Positions 40,707 to 50,636 of a stretch of DNA of 64,000 nt are shown piece after piece. How positions within the stretch are numbered: position 1 is the first letter of the stretch; the number at the start of each line of letters is the position of its first letter. The DNA lies in contig JBGARZ010000006.1 of assembly GCA_044229975.1 (NCBI GenBank), forward strand, positions 224,001-288,000, in the 5' to 3' direction. The notes beneath the pieces are model-generated. The model was not told the origin of the DNA. It did not search any database and was given only the letters and a program-made list of their open reading frames with translations. The translations under genes and the position numbers were made by a program. Source of the DNA: Polyangiales bacterium (lineage in GTDB: Bacteria > Myxococcota_A > Polyangia > Polyangiales > Ga0077539).

Positions 40707-41045
40707 ATGAACGTCCCGCCCATCCTCGTGGTTCTCGCGTGCGCGGCGGTGAGCACCGTCGCCGACACGATGGCCACCGTGTACTGGGAGCACCGTCGCC
40801 CCGCCGACCTCGCGGTCACGCTCGTGCTCGCGCCGGTGGTCTTCGTGCTCTTCGGCTACGTGGGCGCGAGCCGGGGCCTCGCCACCGCGTCGGGCTACAC
40901 CAACTCGCTCATCGTCGCGGGGCCCATCCTGGTCGGCCTCTTCGCGCGTCGCGAGGCCCAGCACGCGTCGACCCCGCAGATGATCGGGCTGGCGTTGATC
41001 TTCGTGGGCGTCGGGCTGGTCGCGGCCTTCCGTCCGAGCACCTGA
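40707..41045 (+). CDS. Small four-TM SMR/DMT-like transporter
   Basis: 112 aa, four hydrophobic segments, QMIGLALIFVGV. Confidence 0.7.
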   Translation: MNVPPILVVLACAAVSTVADTMATVYWEHRRPADLAVTLVLAPVVFVLFGYVGASRGLATASGYTNSLIVAGPILVGLFARREAQHASTPQMIGLALIFVGVGLVAAFRPST

Positions 41046-41060
41046 ACCACGGGAGTGCCC

Positions 41061-41807
41061 ATGCCGAACATCGACACCAGGTGGCCTGCGCAGCACCCCG
41101 ATCGCCTCCAGCTCTACTCGGCGCCCACGGCCAACGGCGCGAAGGTCTCGATCATGCTCGAAGAGGTCGGGCTCCCGTACGAAGCCCACCTCGTGCGCGT
41201 CGACCTCGGTGAGCAGATGTCGCCCGAGTTTCTCGCGATCAACCCCAACAACAAGATCCCCGCCATCGTCGACCCCGACGGGCCCGGCGGCCGATCGCTC
41301 ACGCTGTTCGAGTCGGGCGCGATTCTCGTCTACCTCGCGGAGAAGACCGGGCGGCTCCTGCCCGCGGATGCTGCCGAGCGCTACGAGACCCTTCAGTGGT
41401 TGATGTTCCAGATGAGCGGCGTCGGGCCGATGTTTGGGCAGGTGGGGTTCTTCCACCGCTTCGGCGGCAAGGACTACGAAGACAAGCGACCGCGCGACCG
41501 CTACGTCGCCGAGGCCCGTCGCCTGCTCGCGGTGCTCGACCAACGCCTCGACGGCCGGCGCTGGATCATGGGCGACGCGTACGGCATCGCCGACGTCGCG
41601 ACCTTCCCGTGGGTGCGTACGCTCATGGGTTTCTACGACGCGGGCGAGCTCGTCGGCATCGGTGACTTCCCCAACGTGCTGCGCGCGCTCGATGCGTTCG
41701 TGGCGCGCCCGGCGGTGGTGCGCGGGCTCGCGGTGCCGGCGGGCATCAACCCAGCGCGGCTGGTGCCTTCGCCCGACCCGAGCGACCGACCACCGCCAGC
41801 AGCGTGA
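41061..41807 (+). CDS. Glutathione S-transferase (YfcG/YghU-like)
   Basis: LYSAPTANG, INPNNKIPAIVD, LFESGAIL, GPMFGQ, IADVATFPW. Confidence 0.95.
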   Translation: MPNIDTRWPAQHPDRLQLYSAPTANGAKVSIMLEEVGLPYEAHLVRVDLGEQMSPEFLAINPNNKIPAIVDPDGPGGRSLTLFESGAILVYLAEKTGRLLPADAAERYETLQWLMFQMSGVGPMFGQVGFFHRFGGKDYEDKRPRDRYVAEARRLLAVLDQRLDGRRWIMGDAYGIADVATFPWVRTLMGFYDAGELVGIGDFPNVLRALDAFVARPAVVRGLAVPAGINPARLVPSPDPSDRPPPAA

Positions 41808-42627
41808 GCGCGAAGGGCAGCGCCTGGAGCACCACCGTCGGAACACGCCCACCGCTCGCCAGCGTCGCCTCCAGCGCGGACAGCGCGCCGATGCCCACCG
41901 CCCACAACGCGGCGCGAGTCGGGTTCCAGCGACCGAGGATGACGGCCGCCACCGCGAGGAAGCCGCGACCGCCGCTCATGCCCGCCACGAAGGCGTGCTG
42001 GTGCAAGCCCAACTGCGCACCACCGAGCGCCGCCATCGCGCCGCCCATCGCGAGCGCCGCCGTCTGAACGCCCACCACCGGAACACCCTGCGCCCGCGCC
42101 GCCGTCGGATGCTCGCCGCACGCCGTGATGCGCAGCCCGAGCACCGTGCGTGAGAGCAGCCACCATGTGAAGAGCACCAGCAGCGGCGCGAGGAAGACCG
42201 TCGGCGTGGTGAGCGCGTCGTGCAGCGCCGTCCACGCGAGCGACGACCCGCGCGATCCTTCGGCCGTGGGCATCGTCGGGCTGTTGGACGCCGACCCGTA
42301 GAGCACCTTGAGGGCGGCGCGCGTTCCGGCGACGGCGAGGAGGTTGAAGGCGATGCCGACCACCACGGAGCTGGCCCGCTGCCGCACCGCGAATACCGCG
42401 AAGAGTAAGCCCGCGAGCGCTCCGGCGAGGGCGGCGGCGAGCAGCGCGATGACCGTCGACCCGGTCGCGAGCCCGACGGTCACCGCCGCGAACGCGCCCA
42501 CCAGCAGGTACGCTTCGAGCGCGAGCATCACCATGCCCGCGCGCTCGGACAGAACACCCCCGAGCGTCGCCAGCACCAGCGGCGTCGCGGCGCTCAGCAC
42601 CTGCGCGATGAACACCAGCAGCATCAT
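41746..42627 (-). CDS. ABC transporter permease (nucleoside/sugar, BPD_transp_2)
   Basis: ATPLVLATLGGVLSERAG, GLRITACGEHP, GRGFLAVAAVILGRWNP. Confidence 0.92.
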   Translation of the reverse strand: MMLLVFIAQVLSAATPLVLATLGGVLSERAGMVMLALEAYLLVGAFAAVTVGLATGSTVIALLAAALAGALAGLLFAVFAVRQRASSVVVGIAFNLLAVAGTRAALKVLYGSASNSPTMPTAEGSRGSSLAWTALHDALTTPTVFLAPLLVLFTWWLLSRTVLGLRITACGEHPTAARAQGVPVVGVQTAALAMGGAMAALGGAQLGLHQHAFVAGMSGGRGFLAVAAVILGRWNPTRAALWAVGIGALSALEATLASGGRVPTVVLQALPFALTLLAVVGRSGRAKAPAALG

Positions 42628-43646
42628 CGGCGGCCTCCGAGCGAACCGGCGCCGACAACAGCCACCGCGATGAGCGTCGCGGCCTGCACCACGACGAGCG
42701 CGTCGGACGGGACCACTGCGTTCACCGTCAGCGCGCCCTGCGCGAGGAAGCCGAAGAGCACCGCTGCCATCGCGACGCCCAACGGTCTTGATGCGCCGAG
42801 GAGCGCGACGGCCATGCCGGTGAAGCCGACGCCGGTGCCGAGGCCGTGCTCGGCGTAGCCCTTCACACCGAGGACGAGGTGTGACGCCGCGAGGCCAGCG
42901 AGCGCGCCCGACAGCGCCATCGCGCGGACGGTGGTGCGCGCCGGGTCGATGCCGAGGGCGGCGGATGCGCCGGGGGATGATCCGAGCGCGCGGAGGGTGA
43001 GTCCGCCGCGGGTGCGTTCGAGGTACCAGCCGACGGTGGCGAGCGCGACGAGGCCGAGGAGGAACGAGGCGTTGAGGCCGCTGCCGCGGAAGGCGTGGAG
43101 GAGGGTTCCGGCCATGGGGAAGCGGGCATGGGCGATGACGTCGCGGGTGTGCACCTGGGCGCCGTCGCGGAGTGGTCCGCCGTAGAGCCAGGTGACGGCC
43201 ACGGCCATGAGGCCGTTGAGCATGAGGGTGCTGAGGACCTCGTGGGTTCCGAAGCGCCCGCGGAGCCAGCCGGCGAAGGCGCCGAGCGAAGCGCCCGCGG
43301 CGGCGGCAGCGGCGAGACAGATGGGGATGGCGAGGAGTGATGGCGTCGCGGCAGGGAGCGCTGCGCCGACGACCGCGCAGGAGAGGACTCCGGCGAGGCA
43401 CTGGCCTTCGGCGCCGACATTGAAGAGGCGGGCGCGGAGTGCGACGGCGACGGCGGCGCCGGTCCAGAGGAGCGGAGTGGCCTTGGCGAGGGTCTGCGCG
43501 AGGCCGTAGGAGGAGCCGAGGGTTCCGGCGACCATCATGGCCAGCACGCGGCGGGGAGAGGCGCCCGCGAGCCAGACCGAGAGGTTCATGGTGGTGAGCA
43601 CCGCGGCGGCGGCGGCCACCACCGCCAGCGCGCGAGGACGACTCAC
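42624..43646 (-). CDS. ABC transporter permease (nucleoside/sugar)
   Basis: ATPLLWTG, LFNVGAEGQ, EVLSTLMLN, GFTGMAVALLG. Confidence 0.92.
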   Translation of the reverse strand: MSRPRALAVVAAAAAVLTTMNLSVWLAGASPRRVLAMMVAGTLGSSYGLAQTLAKATPLLWTGAAVAVALRARLFNVGAEGQCLAGVLSCAVVGAALPAATPSLLAIPICLAAAAAAGASLGAFAGWLRGRFGTHEVLSTLMLNGLMAVAVTWLYGGPLRDGAQVHTRDVIAHARFPMAGTLLHAFRGSGLNASFLLGLVALATVGWYLERTRGGLTLRALGSSPGASAALGIDPARTTVRAMALSGALAGLAASHLVLGVKGYAEHGLGTGVGFTGMAVALLGASRPLGVAMAAVLFGFLAQGALTVNAVVPSDALVVVQAATLIAVAVVGAGSLGGRR

Positions 43647-43701
43647 AGCGGGCGACGGTACCCGTTGACACGGCCGCGCGCGACCGCGCAGATTTTTGTC
43701 C

Positions 43702-44646
43702 ATGCCCGACCCGATCGTGCGTGCCCGCGGCCGCGGCTGCGTCGTTCAGCTCGTCTCCCTCGTCGTCGCGGTGGGGGTCGTGGGCGTCTTCCTCGTGGTG
43801 GCGATGGGGGCAGGCTCGCTCGCGCCCGGCGATGGCGTCTCGCAGCTCGCCGTGTTCGGCGCGTGCTTCCTCGCACTCATCGTCGCCTTCGCCGTCGGCG
43901 CGGTGATGTTCGCCGCGGGCCGCTCGCGGGTGCTCGACCCGGGCTTCGCGCAGCTCGGTATCGCGGGCGCCGGCTCGCTGCCCAACCTCCGCGAGTACCA
44001 CGGCACCTGGAGCGGTCGCGCCGTCGACGCGCTCTACGTCCGTCGCGGTCCGCTGCTGGAGACCAGCGTCGACGCCCGCATCCATGGCGCGTTGGCGGTC
44101 GGCACGCGCACGGGCGTCGGTGACCTCGTGCGCGGGGCCCTCGGGCTGCCGACCATCACCCTCCACGACCCGGCGTTTGCGCACCTCACGGTCGCCGCCG
44201 CGGACGGCGCGTGGGCCGCCGCCGTGCTCGCCACGCCTGCCGTGCGCGATGGTGTGCTGCGCGCCATGCACGACCCGACGGGCCGCGAGCACCGCGTCGT
44301 GGCGATACGGCCGGGCGCCGTGCGGATGACCCGTCGCTTCTTCGATCCTGCGCGCGCGGTCGGCGAGGTGGCCCCCATGGTCGCGCTGCTGTCGTCCATC
44401 GGTGCCGCGGTCGAGGCGCTCCCGCCGCCGTCGTCGCCGGTCGCCCTCACGGACTTCGAGCGCATGGCCCGCAAGGCGCCCGGCGCGATGGGCGCCCGCG
44501 TCGTCGTATGGCTCCTCGTCGGGGTGCTGCTCGTCGTGGCGGTGGTGTCCATCGCCGTCATGGTCGCGGCCCCCAGCCTCGCGCGACCCGTCGGCGGCTC
44601 CGACCCGACCACCGTGCCATGGGGCGGACGGCATCACCGGCGGTAG
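43702..44646 (+). CDS. Hypothetical membrane protein
   Basis: Two N-terminal TM segments and one C-terminal TM segment; codon bias. Confidence 0.75.
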   Translation: MPDPIVRARGRGCVVQLVSLVVAVGVVGVFLVVAMGAGSLAPGDGVSQLAVFGACFLALIVAFAVGAVMFAAGRSRVLDPGFAQLGIAGAGSLPNLREYHGTWSGRAVDALYVRRGPLLETSVDARIHGALAVGTRTGVGDLVRGALGLPTITLHDPAFAHLTVAAADGAWAAAVLATPAVRDGVLRAMHDPTGREHRVVAIRPGAVRMTRRFFDPARAVGEVAPMVALLSSIGAAVEALPPPSSPVALTDFERMARKAPGAMGARVVVWLLVGVLLVVAVVSIAVMVAAPSLARPVGGSDPTTVPWGGRHHRR

Positions 44647-44697
44647 CGGCGCTTGCCACCGGGCGCTCGCGGGTGCTCACTCCGCGACACCCTCGCG

Positions 44698-46047
44698 ATG
44701 GACCTCTTCGACCGCAAGAAGCCGAGCGCCCCCGTCGACGAGCCCGAGGAGATCGTCGCGCCCGACGCGCCGCTCGCCGACCGCATGCGACCGCGCACCC
44801 TCGATGAGCTCATCGGCCACGACGAGGCCCTCGGCCCCACCACCTCGCTGGGCCGCGCCATCCGCGCCGATCGCTCGCCCTCCATCATCCTCTGGGGCCC
44901 ACCGGGGTGCGGCAAGACCACCGTCGCGCGCGCCATCGCCGCGCACTCCAGCGCCCGCTTCGCGCAGCTCTCCGCCGTGCTCTCGGGCGTCGCCGAGGTG
45001 CGGCAGGCCATCGCCCGCGCCGAGCACGAGCGCACCATGGGGCGGCGCACGGTGCTCTTCATCGACGAGATCCACCGCTTCAACCGCGCGCAGCAGGACG
45101 CGCTGCTCCCGCACGTCGAGGCCGGCGTCGTCACGCTGGTCGGCGCCACCACCGAGAACCCGTCGTTCGCCATCAACAGCGCCGTGCTCTCTCGCGCGCA
45201 GGTGGTGCGGCTCGATCCGCTGCGCCCGGAGTCGCTGGTGCTGGTGCTGCGGCGCGCGCTCGACGACCGCGAGCGCGGCCTCGGCAAGCTGGAGATGACC
45301 GCGACGGACGAGGCGCTGGAGGCCATCGCGCGGTGGTCGGACGGCGACGCGCGTCGGGCGCTGACGCTGCTCGACCACATGGCGCGCGAGCGGGCGGCGC
45401 TGGGCATCGCGGCGCTGACGGTGGGCGACGTCGAGGCGGCTGCGCGCTCGAAGAACCTCCGCTACGACAAGTCCGGCGAGGAGCACTACAACCTGGCGAG
45501 CGCGTTCATCAAGAGCCTGCGGGGGAGCGACCCCGACGCGGCGCTCTACTGGGGTCTGCGCATGATCGAGAGCGGCGATGATCCGCGCTTCGTGCTGCGC
45601 CGCATGATCATCTTCGCGTCGGAGGACATCGGGCTCGCTGATTCGCGCGCGCTGGAGATCGCGGTGGCGGCCGACCGGGCGTTCGAGCGGCTGGGGGTGC
45701 CGGAGGGGTTGATCCCGCTGGCGCACGCGGTGACGTACCTGGCGGTGGCGCCGAAATCGAAGGCGGCGTACCGCGCGCTGCGGGCGGTGCAGGGCGCGAT
45801 ACAGGAGCACGGGACGCTGCCGGTGCCGATGCGGTTGCGGAATGCGCCGACGGCGGCGATGAAGGAGTGGGGCTACGGCGAGGGGTATCGCGACCCGCAC
45901 GCGGGCGAAGGTGGCTTCGTGGCGGAGCGGTACCTGCCCGAAGAGATGGGCAACACGACGTGGTACGAGCCGACGACGCACGGGACCGAAGCGCGCGTGC
46001 GGGAGCACCTGACGAAGCTGCGAGCGAGGGCGACGCGAGGGGAGTGA
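44698..46047 (+). CDS. rarA: Replication-associated recombination protein A (MgsA)
   Basis: PLADRMRP, WGPPGCGKTT, FIDEIHRFN, GATTENP, SAFIKSLRGSDPDAA, ASEDIGLAD. Confidence 0.97.
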   Translation: MDLFDRKKPSAPVDEPEEIVAPDAPLADRMRPRTLDELIGHDEALGPTTSLGRAIRADRSPSIILWGPPGCGKTTVARAIAAHSSARFAQLSAVLSGVAEVRQAIARAEHERTMGRRTVLFIDEIHRFNRAQQDALLPHVEAGVVTLVGATTENPSFAINSAVLSRAQVVRLDPLRPESLVLVLRRALDDRERGLGKLEMTATDEALEAIARWSDGDARRALTLLDHMARERAALGIAALTVGDVEAAARSKNLRYDKSGEEHYNLASAFIKSLRGSDPDAALYWGLRMIESGDDPRFVLRRMIIFASEDIGLADSRALEIAVAADRAFERLGVPEGLIPLAHAVTYLAVAPKSKAAYRALRAVQGAIQEHGTLPVPMRLRNAPTAAMKEWGYGEGYRDPHAGEGGFVAERYLPEEMGNTTWYEPTTHGTEARVREHLTKLRARATRGE

Positions 46048-46049
46048 AG

Positions 46050-47042
46050 ATGGTCACCATGGGTCGTGCGTCTCGGTGGGTGAGCGGTTGGCTGGTGGCC
46101 GTGATGGTCGGCTGCGGCGGCGAGATCGCCACGCCCATCGATCCAGAGATCGACCAGCATCCGAGCATCCCCGAGGACGCCGAGCTCGCCGAGGGGGCCG
46201 ACGTCCCGCTGCTGCCGCCCATCGTCGACGAGGTCGACGCCGCGGTCGCAGAGGACGTGTCCGTGGCGGAAGACGTCGCACTCGTGGTCATCGACGTCCC
46301 GGCGAGGGCGGACGTGCGCGCGGTGGTCGACGTGCGCGTGGTGGTTGATGTGCCCGCACCGCGGGACGTGCCTGTGACGCCGCCACGCTGCGTGGGCTCA
46401 GCCTCGGGTCAGTCGAACATCTGGACCTGCACCGTGGGCGAGCGTTCGCGTCAGCGTTGTGTCTCGGGGCGCGTCGAGACCGACGCCTGCGATCACGGTT
46501 GCCTGCACCGCCCGTCGGGCACCAACGACGTCTGCGCCGCGGCACCTCCGCCTGCGCCCACGCTCCCCGGCTGTGCGCGTCGCTCGCTTCTGCACTGGGG
46601 TCTGCACCCCGATGCGTCCGATCGGCTGCGGTGCGCGGGCGTCCCCGCCGAACGCATCACGCAGACCATCGGCAACGCCGCCGCTTCCGCGGGCACCCAC
46701 GCCGCCGACGGAACCGCCAGCGGACTCGCCTACTCCGCCGCGACGGACATCTCGACGCGCGGGCTCTCGACGGCCGACATCCACGCGCTGCTCGACCGCC
46801 TCGCCAACCAGGGCTTCGCGGCGTGGTACCGCTGGCCCGGTCACGACGGCTGGCCTTCGAGCGAGGCGCCGCACATCCACGCGATCTACGTCGGCTGTCG
46901 GATGAAGGCGTCGCTGCGCAGCCAGGTCACGAGCTGGCTCGCCGGCCGCAACGGCCTCGTCAGCAACACGCTCTATGGCTTCCACTCATGGACGACGGCG
47001 CAGCGCTCGCTCATCCGCACCGTCTACGAGCGCTTCAACTAG
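46050..47042 (+). CDS. Lipoprotein with Cys-rich region and a C-terminal M15-like Zn peptidase domain
   Basis: Lipobox VMVGC; SAGTH...ATD, GFAAWYR, PHIHAI. Confidence 0.65.
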   Translation: MVTMGRASRWVSGWLVAVMVGCGGEIATPIDPEIDQHPSIPEDAELAEGADVPLLPPIVDEVDAAVAEDVSVAEDVALVVIDVPARADVRAVVDVRVVVDVPAPRDVPVTPPRCVGSASGQSNIWTCTVGERSRQRCVSGRVETDACDHGCLHRPSGTNDVCAAAPPPAPTLPGCARRSLLHWGLHPDASDRLRCAGVPAERITQTIGNAAASAGTHAADGTASGLAYSAATDISTRGLSTADIHALLDRLANQGFAAWYRWPGHDGWPSSEAPHIHAIYVGCRMKASLRSQVTSWLAGRNGLVSNTLYGFHSWTTAQRSLIRTVYERFN

Positions 47043-47703
47043 CGCCCGGTCGTCGCGCCGCCGCCGGGAGGTCGCGCCAGCGCGCCAGCACTGATTCGTT
47101 GACCGGGTCTTCTCCCCGCATCCGCATCGCGGCGCACGGAAACGCGTCGTACCCCCAGAACAACTCCCCATCGACCAGCAGCGTGGGCACCCCGAACACG
47201 CCGCGCGCGACCGCCTCTTCCGTCCGCGTCCGCACCCGCGCCTTCACATCATCCCTCCCGGCCCCGCGCACCGCGGCCTCGCCGTCGATGCCCGCGCGCG
47301 AGAGCACTCCCGCAACGATCGCCGGATCGATCACGCCGGGCCCGTCGCCCCAGGTCGCGTCGAAGAGCGCGTCGATCACCGAGCGTCGCGTCGGCTCGTC
47401 GAAGTCGAGGCTCGCGACGCGCAACGCCAGCAGCGGATTGAACGGATGCGCGGGCGGCGGGACGAGCGTCACCCCGGCCATCGACGCGCGGCGCAACGCG
47501 TCCTTGAAGATGTACTCGCGCTTGGCCGGAACCTCCGCAGGACCTTTGGTTCCGTGCGCGTCGAGCAGCGCCGCGAAGAGGATGGGCACCGGCTCGACGG
47601 AGCGCCCGTGCTCGGCGGCGAGCGCATGGACGCCCTTCCACGCGAGGTACGCGTACGGCGAGATGAAGTCGAAATACAACCGGATGGGCTCACCGCTCGC
47701 CAT
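47035..47703 (-). CDS. 2-hydroxychromene-2-carboxylate isomerase / DsbA-like GST kappa
   Basis: YFDFISPYAYL, GVFGVPT, ELFWG. Confidence 0.92.
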   Translation of the reverse strand: MASGEPIRLYFDFISPYAYLAWKGVHALAAEHGRSVEPVPILFAALLDAHGTKGPAEVPAKREYIFKDALRRASMAGVTLVPPPAHPFNPLLALRVASLDFDEPTRRSVIDALFDATWGDGPGVIDPAIVAGVLSRAGIDGEAAVRGAGRDDVKARVRTRTEEAVARGVFGVPTLLVDGELFWGYDAFPCAAMRMRGEDPVNESVLARWRDLPAAARRPGAS

Positions 47704-47797
47704 GGTCGGCATTGGTCACACGAACCCGCTGGGCCGGTCCATCCCCTGTAAGCCCGTAGACCTGTTGCGCGTTTGCTCCGTCGAAGGAGCCACCGCC

Positions 47798-48721
47798 ATG
47801 CCACTCGCCCACCTCCGTTCGCTCGCCCTCGCGCTTCCGTTCCTCGCCGCGTGTGGCCCTTCGCTCCACGGCACCGTCACCGACCTCACCCGCGTCACCG
47901 TCGTCACCGCCGTGCCTGCTCCCACCAACGACCCGCTCGTCGTCGCGACGGCACCGTCATCACTGCGCTGCCCCGCTCCATCGCGCGCCCTCGCCGGAAC
48001 GCCCGTCGCCCTCCACACCACCGGCTCCGCGCCCGGCGCGCGCGTGCGATGGTCGGTGTCCGCCGCGCCCGGCGACACCCGCGCGTATCGCTTCGCCGAG
48101 CGTTACCTCGACACCGACACCGACTCGGTGGTCGCGCAGGGCGTCGACGTCCCGTTCACGTCGGTCATCGTCGGTGACTTCACGGTCCACGCCGAGACCC
48201 GCAACCCCGACGGAACCACCGCCGAATGCGACACCACCGTCTCGATGCTGGGCCACGGCTTCCGCGTCGAGCTCTCCTGGAACACCCAGGGCACCGACGT
48301 CGACCTCCACACCCTGAGCGACCCCGAGTCGCGCTGGTTCACGCCCGCGGACTGCTACTTCGGCAACCGCCAGCCCGACACGTCCTTCGGTGACGAGGGC
48401 CGCCGCCGCTGGCTCGACACCGACGACACCGACGGTGAGGGTCCTGAGAACATCCGCGTCGACACGCCCGAGGTCGACCACGACTACGAGGTGGCGGTTC
48501 ACTACTACTCGTCGCACGGGCAGCAGGCGCTCACCCACGCGACGGTGGTGATCTACTGCGGCGAGCAGCGCGTCGCCCGCTTCGAGCGCGACCTCGACGG
48601 CAACCGCGGCGGCGACAACGACTTCTGGCGCGTCGCCGCGGTGCGCTTCGGCGGCCCCGAGGTCTGCGCGGTGCGACCCATCCAGCAGGTGGTCCCCGCG
48701 TCGCAGGTGCGCGTCCGCTGA
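47798..48721 (+). CDS. Lipoprotein with YfaP/DUF2135-like domain
   Basis: Lipobox FLAAC; VELSWNTQGTDVDLH, LDTDDTDGEGPENI, VHYY. Confidence 0.8.
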   Translation: MPLAHLRSLALALPFLAACGPSLHGTVTDLTRVTVVTAVPAPTNDPLVVATAPSSLRCPAPSRALAGTPVALHTTGSAPGARVRWSVSAAPGDTRAYRFAERYLDTDTDSVVAQGVDVPFTSVIVGDFTVHAETRNPDGTTAECDTTVSMLGHGFRVELSWNTQGTDVDLHTLSDPESRWFTPADCYFGNRQPDTSFGDEGRRRWLDTDDTDGEGPENIRVDTPEVDHDYEVAVHYYSSHGQQALTHATVVIYCGEQRVARFERDLDGNRGGDNDFWRVAAVRFGGPEVCAVRPIQQVVPASQVRVR

Positions 48722-48756
48722 ACGACCCACCGCTCAACCCCCTACGTTCGTCCGTA

Positions 48757-48786
48757 CCCTTGCGACCCCTGCGCCCTTGCGGCTTC
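48757..48786. repeat. Single REP-like repeat, identical over 27 bp to 5994-6020
   Basis: CCCTTGCGACCCCTGCGCCCTTGCGGC between convergent genes. Confidence 0.8.
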
Positions 48787-48815
48787 GTTCCGTCGTCCGT
48801 AGCGCGCCGCCCTAC

Positions 48816-49574
48816 TCACGGCCGCCGCGCCACCACCAGCGTCCGCGGTCGCGCCGCCGACAGCCCCGCCCCATCGAAGCCGCCGTAGCCGCGCTCCACC
48901 TCGAAGCCCGCCGCCCGCAGCATCATCCGTATCTCCGTGTACGCGTAGACCCGCACCGAGAACGTCACCGTCCGCGTCCTCCCTCCGCGCACCGTCGTCC
49001 GCGTGTCGACCAGTCGCCCGCTCTCCAGATCAAACCGCTGCCGGTCGATCATCAGATCACCGCCCGCCTCGGTCACGCTCACCGGCGCCAACCGCGTCAC
49101 GAACTCCCTCGTCCGCAGGTCCAACAGCAACCGCCCGCCCGGCTTGAGCATCGCGAATACGTTGCGGAGTATTCCCATCTGCCCGTCATCGTCGAACCAC
49201 CCGAACGCGTCGAACAGACACACCGCCCCCTCGAACACCGCTTCGTTCACCGCAAAGGTCCGCACGTCCCCATGAACGAAGTCCGCCCGTAGCCCTTCGC
49301 GTGTCGCGGCCTCCTTCGCCATCGCGACGAAGCCCTCCACCAGATCGACGCCCACCACCGGAAACCCTCTGCGCGCGAAGGCCAGCGCGTGCCGTCCGTG
49401 ACCGCACCCGAGGTCGATCACCGGCGCTCCCGCCCGCAGCGACAGTGCCTTCACGGCGAAGTCCACCTGCCCTTCGGTGTCCTCGGCGCGCAGGGTCTCG
49501 TCGAGGAAATGCAGGTACTCCTCCGGGTCGAAGAGCTCGTCGAAGCGGAACGTCCCTGCGGTCTCGTTGCTCAC
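48816..49574 (-). CDS. Class I SAM-dependent methyltransferase
   Basis: [20 protein letters not shown]. Confidence 0.92.
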   Translation of the reverse strand: MSNETAGTFRFDELFDPEEYLHFLDETLRAEDTEGQVDFAVKALSLRAGAPVIDLGCGHGRHALAFARRGFPVVGVDLVEGFVAMAKEAATREGLRADFVHGDVRTFAVNEAVFEGAVCLFDAFGWFDDDGQMGILRNVFAMLKPGGRLLLDLRTREFVTRLAPVSVTEAGGDLMIDRQRFDLESGRLVDTRTTVRGGRTRTVTFSVRVYAYTEIRMMLRAAGFEVERGYGGFDGAGLSAARPRTLVVARRP

Positions 49575-49627
49575 GGCCGCGCAGCCTACCGCCCCGCACG
49601 CACGACGGTGTAAGGTCCGCGCCCATC

Positions 49628-50617
49628 ATGGACGCGACCCTTCCGCCCGAGCACCCCATCCGCCACGACTGGAACGTCTCCGAAGTCGTCGCCCTCCACG
49701 ACCTTCCCCTGCTCGATCTGTTGCACCGCGCGCAGACCGTCCACCGCGCGTTTCACCCGCCCGACGCCGTCCAGCTCTGCACCCTGCTCTCCGTGAAGAC
49801 GGGCGGTTGTCCCGAGGACTGCTCCTACTGCCCGCAGAGCTCGAAGTACGAGTCGCCCGTCGAGACCGAGAAGATGCTCGACGTGGAGTCGGTCATCGCT
49901 TCGGCCCGTCGCGCGCGCGAGGCCGGCAGCACCCGCTTCTGCATGGGCGCGGCGTGGCGCGAGGTGAAGGAAGGCCCCGCGTTCGACAAGGTGCTCACCA
50001 TGGTGCGCGGGGTGAAGGAGCTCGGCCTCGAAGCGTGCTGCACCCTCGGGATGCTCAACGAGTCGCAGGCGAAGTCCCTCAAGGAAGCCGGACTCGACGC
50101 GTACAACCACAACCTCGACTCCTCCAAGGAGTTCTACGGGACGATCATCACCACGCGCGCCTACGAAGACCGGCTGCGCACGCTCGACAACGTCCGCAAG
50201 GCGGGCATCACCGTGTGCTCGGGCGGCATCATCGGCATGGGCGAGACCACCCGCGACCGCGCCCGCATGCTCGTCACGCTCGCCAACCTCGACCCGCACC
50301 CCGAGAGCGTCCCCATCAACGCCCTCGTCCCCGTCGAAGGCACGCCCCTCGCCGATCGCCCGCCCGTCGACCCCGTCGAGCTCGTTCGCATGATCGCCGC
50401 CGCGCGCATCATGATGCCGCGCTCGATGGTTCGCTTGAGCGCGGGTCGCACATCACTCTCCCGCGAGGCGCAGCTCCTCTGCATGATGGCCGGCGCCAAC
50501 TCGCTCTTCTACGGCGACAAGCTGCTCACCACCCCCAACCCCGACACCGACGACGACGCGCGGCTGCTCCGCGACGCGGGCCTGCGACCGCTCGCCCCCG
50601 CCGTCCACGCGGGCTGA
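49628..50617 (+). CDS. bioB: Biotin synthase
   Basis: [50 protein letters not shown]. Confidence 0.98.
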   Translation: MDATLPPEHPIRHDWNVSEVVALHDLPLLDLLHRAQTVHRAFHPPDAVQLCTLLSVKTGGCPEDCSYCPQSSKYESPVETEKMLDVESVIASARRAREAGSTRFCMGAAWREVKEGPAFDKVLTMVRGVKELGLEACCTLGMLNESQAKSLKEAGLDAYNHNLDSSKEFYGTIITTRAYEDRLRTLDNVRKAGITVCSGGIIGMGETTRDRARMLVTLANLDPHPESVPINALVPVEGTPLADRPPVDPVELVRMIAAARIMMPRSMVRLSAGRTSLSREAQLLCMMAGANSLFYGDKLLTTPNPDTDDDARLLRDAGLRPLAPAVHAG

Positions 50618-50636
50618 ACCGCTCCGCTCATTTCCG

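Noticed and set aside
41043..41063. In-frame TGA between the SMR-like gene and the GST gene as readthrough
   Set aside because: The GST has its own GGGAG Shine-Dalgarno and ATG, and both proteins look complete.
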